NCBI GenBank assembly: GCA_938091905.1
Contig: CALKOM010000077.1
Span: 1 to 57,768 of the forward strand
Direction: 5' to 3'
DNA: 57,768 bases
Source of the DNA: an uncultured Verrucomicrobiales bacterium
GTDB lineage: Bacteria; Verrucomicrobiota; Verrucomicrobiia; Verrucomicrobiales; DEV007
Positions 40,201 to 48,732 of the stretch are shown in pieces. The position numbers and the translations under genes were made by a program. The notes under the pieces were generated by a model. The model was given only the letters and a program-made list of their open reading frames with translations, was not told the DNA's origin and ran no database searches. Position 1 is the stretch's first letter; the number at the start of each line of letters is the position of its first letter.

Positions 40201-41479
40201 CTAGAGTCACCGTGTAAATTCCCGCATTGGTATACTGATAACTCGGATTCTCCATCTCACTTGTGGAACCATCTCCAAAGTCCCAGGCAAAAGTATAAGG
40301 TTGCTTGCCACCCGATGCCTGAGCTTCGAAATCTACCGTCTGAGCCGTGGTCGGTTGGATAGGTAGAGCCGAGAAATCGGCGGCCAACGCTGGCGCTTCT
40401 GCGGCTTTAAAAACACAAAAATTACTGATGCCGACAAGCCTTCCTTGGGGCGCTTCACCGCCTACCGAAGTGTATTTGAAAGCGACATGAACACTGTCTC
40501 CAGCGACACCAAAGAAGCTGTTTCCAGGGAAACTCGTCCAACGCTCAGAGGTCGCCACCGAGTAGTCGACAGGAAGAGTCACCCAAGTTGCCGCGTTTGG
40601 ATCGGTATGAGTCGCCGCGTCATAATTATTGGATACAAGTAACTCAATGTGCGGCCCAGTCGCCTCGTTGTAATACTCAAAGTTGATCACTGGAATATCA
40701 GAATCAGCCACGGTAATACTCGGCGAAATCAGCCAATCCTCATTTGTATCCGGCGAGAAAGCACCGTCGAAGGCGACCGACTCCCGATCGCCTAACAGAA
40801 AAGCGGTCCATTCCTCACTACCAACAGCGTTCACTGCGGTCCACGGCTCGATATCCTCCAATGCCGACAAGAGAAGGGTTGCATCTGGATCAGAGTCTCC
40901 AACCACAAGGTCGAGAATCCGCCACGTCCGTGCCTCACCACTCACCGTTCCGGTGGAAACATAGTGAAACCCAAGATAAACGTTGTCCGCTTTATACGCT
41001 GACAGGTCCACCAAATCAGACCTGATCGGCGTCCAACTACCACTTTCGCTAGGCTCGCTATCAGTCCCATCTGTGTAGAACGGCAGCGAAGCCCAAGTCG
41101 CGTCGCCCGGGTCCGAGTGTACTTCAGGGTCATAATCCGTGGAAACCACAAACTCGGCATTAGGACCCGTCCATTGGGCAATATATTCAAAAGTTACATT
41201 AGGATTCCCAACATCACCCAGATCCAACGGTTGCGTCAGAATCAACCAATCATCACTGGGACCGTCAGCTCCAAATCCATTCATTTCAGCGTAGCCGCCG
41301 TTGTCGTCCCGCACCTGCCACCGCCACGCGAAGTTGCTGGCTACACTAACCGACGTGAACTTCCCAAGAGATCCATTAGTCTCGAAATCCTCCTGCAGCA
41401 CAACAGATGAGGCCCCATCGACCTGTGTCAGCAGGAGCGGGAAAGCAATGATGAATACAAGCAGGTCAGAAAGTTTCAT
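37211..41479 (-). CDS. large secreted protein with 3 PKD domains and 6 'DWLISP' (choice-of-anchor J/cleaved-adhesin-like) domains
   Basis: Signal peptide at ATG 41479 (MKLSDLLVFIIAFPLLL); WDFGDG x3; DWL[IL][SL] x6; DADADG motif near the C-terminus. Confidence 0.85.
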   Translation of the reverse strand: MKLSDLLVFIIAFPLLLTQVDGASSVVLQEDFETNGSLGKFTSVSVASNFAWRWQVRDDNGGYAEMNGFGADGPSDDWLILTQPLDLGDVGNPNVTFEYIAQWTGPNAEFVVSTDYDPEVHSDPGDATWASLPFYTDGTDSEPSESGSWTPIRSDLVDLSAYKADNVYLGFHYVSTGTVSGEARTWRILDLVVGDSDPDATLLLSALEDIEPWTAVNAVGSEEWTAFLLGDRESVAFDGAFSPDTNEDWLISPSITVADSDIPVINFEYYNEATGPHIELLVSNNYDAATHTDPNAATWVTLPVDYSVATSERWTSFPGNSFFGVAGDSVHVAFKYTSVGGEAPQGRLVGISNFCVFKAAEAPALAADFSALPIQPTTAQTVDFEAQASGGKQPYTFAWDFGDGSTSEMENPSYQYTNAGIYTVTLAVTDALGGQDVFAQSDYINAVNEANVLVKIDFEGADGDPIPGPWQTFSIASDAEWLLDTEASRSAAVITGFSSNEASEDWLLSPKLPLVGSLFPVLTVDVFTRFSGPLLDVLVSADYDGGDPTGATWDSLNVDFSDLPAQAWSEVGALSLAGLDGDHTVAFKYLSTGVGSGDGRTYGIDSVRVINEDELPLLSSLSVSGSSDEVTTVDTVVFEPFITGGKHPYSYAWDFGDGTSSSNGLPSHVFAAAGSYSVSLSVTDATGASREAVLPSPINVIDVDDILFDYDFVGFDGDDPVDDWTAVSKASFEDWNLDTIDGQQGIFMNGFGSDEASDDWLISPVIQIGQGEQGTLSFDLNRFFSGGSFEVLASTGYDPLSEDPTTVVWVPIPGDFTFDDWSRPSGLTIPISGDVRLAFHYTSDGTGPGDGQRIGVDQIRVVKLTAPPVSDSFLDTDFEGEVDVPIGAPWTTVSVASDAVWEIQEWNGRHGAFMNGFGADAASEDWLISPPMDLSGDEIPLLSFSHFVRFSGPEIQVLISTDFNSDPSVANWTDLQLDFSMLPEREWIDFEKINLASFNGAATHLAFKYVSNGTEGGDGRLVGIDSVVVAKSDTAPVLTVDLDSPSVGTTGNALAFAASASGGTPPYTFAWDFGDGAVGEGTETTHVYNDPGTFTVTITVSDGAETTSMMSDEVTVTFAGDRLLEGVFGGDNDTPITAPWTTVSVASDRGWQIDTTGGAQGAVANGFGADAPSDDWLISPPFDINVWAQTSLGFDYYHNFSGPEIEVLLGAEFQDGNDPTAVHWSRVSVDLGAVANREWTRQSGIDISAFAGRQCRLAFRYTTVGTEAGEGKLIGINHVRVSTTIPDIPARETYTFDEWKATNGYFKSGDPSGAVDADADADGFTNGHEFRFDLNPRSGAGYGNLPQISILADGTYRVTYRRISDVEAWTVQLSDDLKNWVDAEEGQDIETMIQKDGGLGEVLETVRVDLKGTRRYVRVVLP

Positions 41480-41549
41480 AAGAGAGTGAGTTTTGGGCCT
41501 CGACGACCCTAGTAAATCCTGCGCCTCAATCAAAGCAAAGACTATGCCA

Positions 41550-42551
41550 CTACTGTATTTGGCTTGCAACCTGGCCACCAAGCTCATCTCTAACAAACCC
41601 TTTAATACAATCAACAATACTGACATCCGACTGAAATCCCATTCCCAGTGCCCGTGTTGGCTGGAATCGCACAGGCCATGTCCGGACGATCTTTTGGACA
41701 TCTGCATCGGGCTTCCACTCGATTCGCGACACCGCCGCCGGTCCACCAATAGATTCTAGCGCCTCTACCATCTCCGAAACAGTCGTGGTCAGACCCGGCA
41801 ATGCCACCGCACGATGGTAGCCCCAAGTGCGAGCAGCAAGACGCTCCGCATGAATGAAACTCTTAACCACTTGTTGGGACGAGAGCACCCATACACCCGT
41901 TTCAGGCGGCACGGGACAAATACAAGTATCCCCTTGCAACGGCTCTCGAATGATCGCACTAGCAAAACTAGAGGCTGCCTTGTTAGGTTTTCCAGGCCGA
42001 ACTACAATCGTAGGCAATCGCAGCGCTCGCCCATCGAGAAAGCCCCGACGACTATAGTCATTGATGAGAAATTCAGTGATCGCTTTCTGACACCCATAGG
42101 ATGTCTGGGGCGTCAGCGGTGTATCGTCTTTGATCACTTCGGGCAAGTCGCCTCCATACGCGGCGACTGAACTAGCAAAGACAATTCGAGGACACGATTC
42201 AAGCGCACGCAAACTTTCTAACAGACACTCCGTAGCATGGAGGTTCACTTGCAAACCCAGTTCGAAGTCTTCTTCAGCACCTCCGCTCACCACGGCAGCG
42301 AGATGAAAAACAACAGCGGTATCCGGCGTGATCAGTCGCTCTAAGTTCTTCGGATCACCGAAATCTCCCGCGAGGAACTCCAATCTCTCGTCTTCCGGTA
42401 ATCCTCCGACTGGTTCAGCAATATCGTTCAGCACGAGACGAGTCACGTCACGTTCCTCCCCTGCAGAATCCACGAGTTTTCCCAAGGCCAAGATCCTGTT
42501 CGCTAAGCGTTGCCCTAAAAAGCCCGCCCCACCGGTAATAACGACTCTCAT
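41550..42551 (-). CDS. denD: D-erythronate dehydrogenase-like NAD-dependent epimerase/dehydratase
   Basis: TGGAGFLG, HLAAVVSG.AE.DF.LG, YGCQK and LRLPTIVVRPGKPNKAASSFAS.IIREPL. Confidence 0.75.
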   Translation of the reverse strand: MRVVITGGAGFLGQRLANRILALGKLVDSAGEERDVTRLVLNDIAEPVGGLPEDERLEFLAGDFGDPKNLERLITPDTAVVFHLAAVVSGGAEEDFELGLQVNLHATECLLESLRALESCPRIVFASSVAAYGGDLPEVIKDDTPLTPQTSYGCQKAITEFLINDYSRRGFLDGRALRLPTIVVRPGKPNKAASSFASAIIREPLQGDTCICPVPPETGVWVLSSQQVVKSFIHAERLAARTWGYHRAVALPGLTTTVSEMVEALESIGGPAAVSRIEWKPDADVQKIVRTWPVRFQPTRALGMGFQSDVSIVDCIKGFVRDELGGQVASQIQ

Positions 42552-42564
42552 AAAACTTTTCTAC

Positions 42565-43635
42565 CTAACTCAGGGCGACTTCTTCAACCACCTTCAGAGC
42601 GTGTCCCTCTAATCCTACAATCTTGCGCGGCGAATTTGTCAGAAGCCGAATGTCTCGCACACCCAGGTCATGCAGGATCTGGGCACCCGTACCGTAGTCA
42701 CGCAGGCCACCAGAAGCAGTGGCTCGCCGCTCACGTCCACGAGCTACTGGCCGCTCGTGCTGCCGCATATACAAAAGGATACCGCAACCCTCCCGAGCGA
42801 TGTGATCGAGAGAGGATGCCAAGACCCCTTCGTGCTTACCAAAGACATCCTCCACCAGTGAAGAACGTTGCACACGGACGAGGGTAGCATGATGCGATTG
42901 AATCTCACCTCGCACCAATGCCAAATGGAGCACGCCATCGAGCAGACTCCGATAGTGATGTGCTCTGAATGGCCCACCCGCCGTTTCCACTTCTTCCACT
43001 TTTTCCAGCTCGACCAACTGCTCACGCTCACGCCGGTAGGTAATGAGCTCTTCGATCGTGCACATCCTAATGTCATGATGATCGACAAAGCGCTCCAAGT
43101 CAGGCAGACGCGCCATGGTCCCATCTTCATTCAAAACCTCACAAATCACGGCTACAGGAGCCAGCCCTGCCATTCGCACCAAATCAATCGAAGCCTCGGT
43201 ATGTCCTGCCCTTCTAAGCACACCGCCCTCACGCGCAAGCAAAGGAAAGATGTGCCCCGGTTGGACAAGAGCGCTCGGCAACGTCTGCTCATTTGCTAAC
43301 AGTTGCAACGTATGCGCTCGATCGGCAGCGCTTATCCCTGTGGTAATCTCCTCAGCAGCATCGACAGAAACAGTGAAGGCTGTACCGTGACTTTCCCGGT
43401 TTACAGGCACCATCTCGTGCAGTCCCAATCGAGCAGCAAGAGGCTCTGCCATGGGAGCACAAATGAGCCCACGCCCATGGGTCGCCATGAAATTGACAGC
43501 CTCAGGAGTCACCCGCGCTGCAGCCATGATGAGATCACCTTCATTCTCGCGGTCTTCATCATCAGTGACCACAACCATCTTCCCTTCCGCAATGTCGGCG
43601 ATGACGGCGTCGATAGAACTGAAAGGGTTACTCAT
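42565..43635 (-). CDS. ribB: 3,4-dihydroxy-2-butanone-4-phosphate synthase with degenerate GTP cyclohydrolase II domain (RibBX type)
   Basis: DDEDRENEGD, TAFTVSVDA, TTGISAADR, PGHIFPL and RAGHTEA. The C-terminal domain lacks the Zn-binding Cys residues. Confidence 0.9.
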   Translation of the reverse strand: MSNPFSSIDAVIADIAEGKMVVVTDDEDRENEGDLIMAAARVTPEAVNFMATHGRGLICAPMAEPLAARLGLHEMVPVNRESHGTAFTVSVDAAEEITTGISAADRAHTLQLLANEQTLPSALVQPGHIFPLLAREGGVLRRAGHTEASIDLVRMAGLAPVAVICEVLNEDGTMARLPDLERFVDHHDIRMCTIEELITYRREREQLVELEKVEEVETAGGPFRAHHYRSLLDGVLHLALVRGEIQSHHATLVRVQRSSLVEDVFGKHEGVLASSLDHIAREGCGILLYMRQHERPVARGRERRATASGGLRDYGTGAQILHDLGVRDIRLLTNSPRKIVGLEGHALKVVEEVALS

Positions 43636-43679
43636 TCAGGTTGTGGGAGGAGGGGCGCTGGTCTAACTCTTGAGACGAA

Positions 43680-45098
43680 ATGAAACGGTCTGCGGTGATC
43701 AATGTGGTAGGGCTCTGCCGCCGATGTATCGGCGAGCACACGCCGTATATCCAGAAATTTCTCATGAGGCACGGCGGCGTCGATGTTCAGCCACAAGTGC
43801 CAGCGGTCACCTGTACGATGCAGGCGACCTATTTGACAGGTAAGCCGCCTTCTGAACACGGAATCGTAGGCAATGGCTGGTATGACCGGGACCTCGCGGA
43901 GGTGCAATTCTGGAAACAATCCAACCATCTCGTCAGCGGAAACAAGCTCTGGGAATCCATCCGAGCAGAACGACCAGATTTTGTCACCGCCAAGCTGTTC
44001 TGGTGGTACAACATGTACAGTTCGGCCGAATTCACGATAACGCCACGCCCGATGTATCCGGCAGATGGACGGAAGGTATTCGATATCTACACCCACCCCA
44101 TGGAGATGAGGGAAGAGATCAAGGAAGCTCTCGGTTCATTTCCATTTCACACCTTCTGGGGGCCTGGAGCAGGCCTGCCCTGCTCTCAATGGATCGCGGA
44201 TTCTTGCCGTTGGGTAGAAGAGAAACACCAGCCCGATCTATCACTCCTCTATCTCCCGCACCTCGATTACAGCTTTCAGCGGTTCGGACCAGATCTGTCA
44301 AAGGTTGGCGACGATCTTCGAGAGATCGATCAGTTGGTCGAATCGCTTGTTACCTTCCTAGAGTCTCGCGAAATCGAAGTCACGCTTCTTTCAGAATACG
44401 GCATTACGCCGGTAGATCAGCCAATCCATATCAATCGCATCTTTCGAGACCAAGGATGGCTCACGATCAAAGACGAGATGGGTTTGGAAATCTTGGATGC
44501 TGGGGCCAGCCAGGCCTTTGCCGTAGCTGATCACCAGGTAGCCCACGTTTACGTAAGAGATTCGGAGGATCTCGAACGGGTGCTTCAGAGTTGTGCGCAG
44601 ATCGAAGGTGTAGAAAGTGTTCTGTGGGGGGAATCCCGCGCAGCAGCTGGGTTAGATCACCCCCGGGCCGGCGACATCGTCCTGATATCCGATAGCAAGA
44701 GCTGGTTTACCTACTACTACTGGCAAGAAGACGCACGTGCCCCAGACTTCGCTCGCTGTGTTGATATCCATCGTAAACCGGGCTACGACCCTGTAGAACT
44801 CTTTCTCGATCCCCGCAAAAAGCTCCCAAAAGTCACCATTGCCCGAAAGCTCATTCAAAAGAAACTCGGCTTTCGTATGCTCATGGATTTGATTCCGCTA
44901 GATGCCACACTCGTAAAGGGCTCTCACGGTCGCTGCCCTGAAGACCCCTTGGACTGGCCGATCTTGTTAGGCCCGGCAGCACCCACCGACCGCGCTTCTA
45001 TCAGTGCATGCGAGGTTCATGAGCTTTTGAAGCAAGCAACAACCTTACCTACGCCGACGAAGCACGAGCGCCACACTCAGACCAAGAAAGAGAACTGA
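43680..45098 (+). CDS. alkaline phosphatase superfamily nucleotide pyrophosphatase (EboF-like)
   Basis: INVVGL, PAVTC, HGIVGNGWY, FWKQSN, FWWYNMYS, PHLDY, DHQVAH, DIHRKPGYDPVELF and VKGSHG. Confidence 0.85.
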   Translation: MKRSAVINVVGLCRRCIGEHTPYIQKFLMRHGGVDVQPQVPAVTCTMQATYLTGKPPSEHGIVGNGWYDRDLAEVQFWKQSNHLVSGNKLWESIRAERPDFVTAKLFWWYNMYSSAEFTITPRPMYPADGRKVFDIYTHPMEMREEIKEALGSFPFHTFWGPGAGLPCSQWIADSCRWVEEKHQPDLSLLYLPHLDYSFQRFGPDLSKVGDDLREIDQLVESLVTFLESREIEVTLLSEYGITPVDQPIHINRIFRDQGWLTIKDEMGLEILDAGASQAFAVADHQVAHVYVRDSEDLERVLQSCAQIEGVESVLWGESRAAAGLDHPRAGDIVLISDSKSWFTYYYWQEDARAPDFARCVDIHRKPGYDPVELFLDPRKKLPKVTIARKLIQKKLGFRMLMDLIPLDATLVKGSHGRCPEDPLDWPILLGPAAPTDRASISACEVHELLKQATTLPTPTKHERHTQTKKEN

Positions 45099-45803
45099 TG
45101 ACGGCTCTGGCACAGGCGACAGAGGTGTCACCGTCAATCGCATGTCTTGAAAAGCTGCGGCTCCGAAGGCCCCGGATGATGTGTATGATCCCGTACCCAC
45201 GCCGTTGTTACCCATCCTAGCAGCAAGGCTCAGGTTATAGGTTCCCGGCCAAAGTAGACCGCTGGCCTCAATGGGCTCAGAAATACCGGAAGTGGCTTCA
45301 CCACTGGAAAACGTTCCACCCAGAACTGCTCCCCCAATAGTCGTCTCCCCGATGGCCGCAAAGTTCCATGCAACGCTAGGAGTCCCGTCCGCCTCGCCAC
45401 CCACGATAGTGTAAAACCCTTCCAATGCAAATGCTGCAGCCCCAACCTCAGTAGGAATGGTGAACGTGACGTCGACCAAAGACTCGGCAACAACATTTAC
45501 CGGAGCGAATCCAAAGCCTCTGCTGCCTTGCACTACGATGTCTTCATCGGCAAAGAAATTCAATGTAGCCCCACCCGAAAAGAAGGTATTTTGGCGTGCA
45601 GACGCCAACCCACTGTCGACTCCGTCCGTGGTCGCAGCCTCGATGTCCTGGGTCCCACTTAAATTGGTGGACACGAAATCCGCTGCCCCGCCAGTAACGG
45701 CCGTGGTTACTGTTCGCGTCACTGAATCAATCGTGATCATCGCGGAAAAACTAGAACTTGCGAGAAACCAGAGAATTCCGAGAGAGAGTCGAGATATATT
45801 CAT
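45045..45803 (-). CDS. PEP-CTERM sorting domain protein
   Basis: Signal peptide; C-terminal VPEPSSVLFLGLSVALVLRRRR. Confidence 0.92.
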   Translation of the reverse strand: MNISRLSLGILWFLASSSFSAMITIDSVTRTVTTAVTGGAADFVSTNLSGTQDIEAATTDGVDSGLASARQNTFFSGGATLNFFADEDIVVQGSRGFGFAPVNVVAESLVDVTFTIPTEVGAAAFALEGFYTIVGGEADGTPSVAWNFAAIGETTIGGAVLGGTFSSGEATSGISEPIEASGLLWPGTYNLSLAARMGNNGVGTGSYTSSGAFGAAAFQDMRLTVTPLSPVPEPSSVLFLGLSVALVLRRRR

Positions 45804-45839
45804 GATACTTAAGTTGCTGAAGCTTACTTACAATAAAGT

Positions 45840-47240
45840 TCATAAATTATCAATTAAAGTTAATTGTTTATTAACCTCAACTGCTTGAACCGGTAGCGCC
45901 GAGGGTGGAAGAAGCCAGCTAGCGTGTTGGACACCAAAAATCCTCATCTGTGGGATCTCGTCCACTTGCACAGAGTTTGCGAGAGAGATGACCAATTGCG
46001 CTGGGTGAGGATAACTTGAGGTGATTGACTGCTGCAGGAGCTCCCCTAATCTACTTCTCCTGGGTGCGTAGGCATAAACGGGATTTGAAGCTCCTGGCGC
46101 AGTAAGCCGGTAGGATCGCCATTCCGACTCCTCGAATCCATGATTATAGTAGTCAGAGGCAGAAGCCTCGACCCTGAACGCTCGAGGAGCCATGGCGAGG
46201 GGCGAGCGCGGTAGCATGAGCCACTGACGCTTCTGATAATTGACGGCGAGCTCCCAATCCACCTTGGGCCCTTCTTCGGACATCTCCACGGCCACTTGGC
46301 GCCCTTCAACAGCCTCAGGCAGTTTGACGACAGAGAGGATAAACGTGCCGTGATCACGATGAACCCGCTCGGTCGCTCCCATGAATTCTATCTCGCGAGA
46401 AACCGGCGGGTGGTCCCTATAAAACTTTTGAACAGAGCCCTGAAGTTGGCTGGGAGCTCTGATCCGAAGCAGGATATCCGAAACGCTTGCTGACCTGTAA
46501 AAGTCCAGCAACGCCTCCTCCGCTTCATTAATCACCGCCCGAAGCTCACGATAACCGTCGGGAGCCGGTTCCTCCTTGAGTTTTGAGATTCCATGAACGA
46601 TGTCGCCTTGAATGCCATCGACTGGCCTAACAGCGATGGCTGCAAGTCCTATAGTGCTCACAACGACGAGGCCGACCCCTAGCCATCGCAAAAGCCGAGA
46701 TTCAACTCGCCTTGGCTTGTCCTCGTCAAGGTCTCGAAACTCCACCGTCCTGAAGGCCAGCAAAACATCCTCTGAATCATCATCTTGCCTGGTATCGGCA
46801 CGCCTAATCTCCACCACCGGCTTCTTCTCAACCACCGGCTTCTTCTCCACCACCGGCTTCTTCTTAACCACCGGCTTCTTCTTAACCACCGGCTTCTTCT
46901 CCAACATTGGTTTCTTCTCCAACATTGGTTTCTTCTCAACCACCGGCTTCTTCTCCACCACCGGCTTCTTCTCAACCACCGGCTTCTTCTCCACCACCGG
47001 CTTCTTCTCCACCACCGGCTTCTTCTCCACCACCGGCTTCTTCTTAACCACCGGCTTCTTCTCCAACATTGGTTTCTTCTCCAACATTGGCTCTGGGACC
47101 ACGGGCGTCGAGGCGAACTCTGGCTTAGCCAACTCAGTTTCTATCTCCAACTGATCATCGATCGCACGAAGCTGCGCTTCTAGCGCGAGAATTTCCGCGC
47201 GTAGAGTATCGGCACTAGTGTCCTCTAACCCCTCAGGCAT
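45840..47240 (-). CDS. single-pass membrane protein with KKPVVE hexapeptide repeats
   Basis: N-terminal coiled coil, repeat tract, TM helix (WLGVGLVVVSTIGLAAIAV) and a C-terminal domain with KVDWE..V.Y and DYYN. Confidence 0.8.
   Translation of the reverse strand: MPEGLEDTSADTLRAEILALEAQLRAIDDQLEIETELAKPEFASTPVVPEPMLEKKPMLEKKPVVKKKPVVEKKPVVEKKPVVEKKPVVEKKPVVEKKPVVEKKPMLEKKPMLEKKPVVKKKPVVKKKPVVEKKPVVEKKPVVEIRRADTRQDDDSEDVLLAFRTVEFRDLDEDKPRRVESRLLRWLGVGLVVVSTIGLAAIAVRPVDGIQGDIVHGISKLKEEPAPDGYRELRAVINEAEEALLDFYRSASVSDILLRIRAPSQLQGSVQKFYRDHPPVSREIEFMGATERVHRDHGTFILSVVKLPEAVEGRQVAVEMSEEGPKVDWELAVNYQKRQWLMLPRSPLAMAPRAFRVEASASDYYNHGFEESEWRSYRLTAPGASNPVYAYAPRRSRLGELLQQSITSSYPHPAQLVISLANSVQVDEIPQMRIFGVQHASWLLPPSALPVQAVEVNKQLTLIDNL
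46809..47090 (-). repeat. 18-bp coding tandem repeat, 15 full units + 1 partial
   Basis: Plus-strand unit CTTCTTCTCCACCACCGG with variants, encoding PVVEKK, PVVKKK and PMLEKK. Confidence 0.97.
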
Positions 47241-47391
47241 TCTTATTTGCTAAATATACATAAATAATTAGCAAATGAATAATGCATATAAATGTTAATT
47301 ATTTATGCAACCTAGGACACCTTTCCCTTAACATGAAAAATCTGGAAGTTATTTGTAATCGCTTAATCTTATTATATTTATTTGATCGCCG
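47241..47391. promoter_or_regulatory. AT-rich divergent promoter region with inverted repeats
   Basis: ATTTGCTAA/TTAGCAAAT (47245-47253/47268-47276) and CATAAATAATTAGCA/TGTTAATTATTTATG (47259-47273/47293-47307, 14/15). Confidence 0.5.
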
Positions 47392-48732
47392 ATGTCTCCG
47401 AAACTCCTCGTTTTCCTCCTCGCTACTTCGGCCATCTCGATAGGAATCTTTAAGTTCATCCCTTCAAAATCTATTTCGTGGACGGCAATGGCCTCACCAC
47501 CTGAGAAGCTTGAGCCAGCTCGCCTTCTTGCAACGCTCAATAAGGTAAGAAGTCTGGCCTTGCAGTCCAATTCCCTCCTCGAACAAGATCCGAACATCCA
47601 AGCATGGGCTGAGCAACTAATCACATCGCGCAGCCCCACATCGCCTCACTTTTCAGCCGAGCAAATTCTCAACAACCTTCAATCACAGGTTAAGGGTGTC
47701 GCAGCAGCCTCGGCTGGTGTTTTTAGAGTACCTTACCAAATTGAGGCATTCCGAACGGAATTTGCGGCTTGGGCAGAAGTTAAAAATCCGACTTACACCC
47801 ATTTCTCAATTGTCCTCCGTCCGCACTCAGACAGAAATCTGGTCGATGCTTGGGCAATACTAGTCCAACGATTGCCAAAATTCGATCCGAAGCTTCTCGC
47901 CACAGGCCTCCAACAGTTTCATCACGTCTGTGCGCTTTGCAAACGCCCCTACAACGGGCAATTCTATGCAGGTGATCGGATCCTGTTGCTGCAGTGCCCA
48001 CAATGCGAAACCAACTACGACATCCTCGCAGTAAATACTGTCGACCAATATGCTCGAGCAAACACCTTTTTTAGCGGGATCAGTCCCCTCGCCGCGTTTC
48101 GACCTAACGTGTCTCCTTACGAGGAAATGATCTCCTTGTGGCACGGCGTACTCGATCACTGCAGCTACGAGAACGACTATGACGTTAACACCGCAACACG
48201 GGCAAAGGACTCTTGGCAGACCTCGGCCGAGACCCTTCAACGGCGTTCGGGTGATTGCGAAGACACCTCAATCCTCCTCGCCGACTGGCTAATGTCTCGA
48301 GGCATCGAAGCCCGCGTCGTGATCGGCGAGACCGATGAGAGAGAAGGCCATGCTTGGTGTATCGCTCGCATTGATGGCAATGTCTTCTTGTTAGAAACAA
48401 CGGGAGAAAAGGAAGATTTGCCGCGTGATCCACCGCTAGCAAAGCAATCCACTGACAAATATCGCGCCGAGTATCTCTTCGATCGCACGCAACTCTACTT
48501 CTTCAATAGCGAGCCTGGCCAAGGAGCAGGTGACTGCTGGAATAAGTTCGCCTGGAAGGCTGTGGACTACAGTTCCTCTTTACCACCAACGATAGAACCT
48601 TCATTAGTAGAGGCACCCTGGTTTCCGTCTAGCAAAGCATTCTTTGCAGCGAACGTTGTCCCAGCCGTATCTGGTGAGGCCGAAGAAGTCGCTGGCTCCG
48701 TCACCGAAGCGGCTGCTACTTTATCGGACTGA
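47392..48732 (+). CDS. transglutaminase-like cysteine peptidase with internal CxxC...CxxC ribbon
   Basis: N-terminal hydrophobic anchor, CALC..CPQC, DSWQT..ETL..GDCED.SILL, GHAW and LLETT. Confidence 0.82.
   Translation: MSPKLLVFLLATSAISIGIFKFIPSKSISWTAMASPPEKLEPARLLATLNKVRSLALQSNSLLEQDPNIQAWAEQLITSRSPTSPHFSAEQILNNLQSQVKGVAAASAGVFRVPYQIEAFRTEFAAWAEVKNPTYTHFSIVLRPHSDRNLVDAWAILVQRLPKFDPKLLATGLQQFHHVCALCKRPYNGQFYAGDRILLLQCPQCETNYDILAVNTVDQYARANTFFSGISPLAAFRPNVSPYEEMISLWHGVLDHCSYENDYDVNTATRAKDSWQTSAETLQRRSGDCEDTSILLADWLMSRGIEARVVIGETDEREGHAWCIARIDGNVFLLETTGEKEDLPRDPPLAKQSTDKYRAEYLFDRTQLYFFNSEPGQGAGDCWNKFAWKAVDYSSSLPPTIEPSLVEAPWFPSSKAFFAANVVPAVSGEAEEVAGSVTEAAATLSD

Noticed and set aside
41480..41749. 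90-aa N-terminal extension of the PKD protein
   Set aside because: It overlaps denD, and a clear signal peptide begins at ATG 41479.
46809..47090. CRISPR array, or the plus-strand repetitive ORFs (STTGFF / HHRLLL)
   Set aside because: Contiguous 18-bp units with no spacers and no cas genes; the plus-strand ORFs are shadows of the minus-strand gene.
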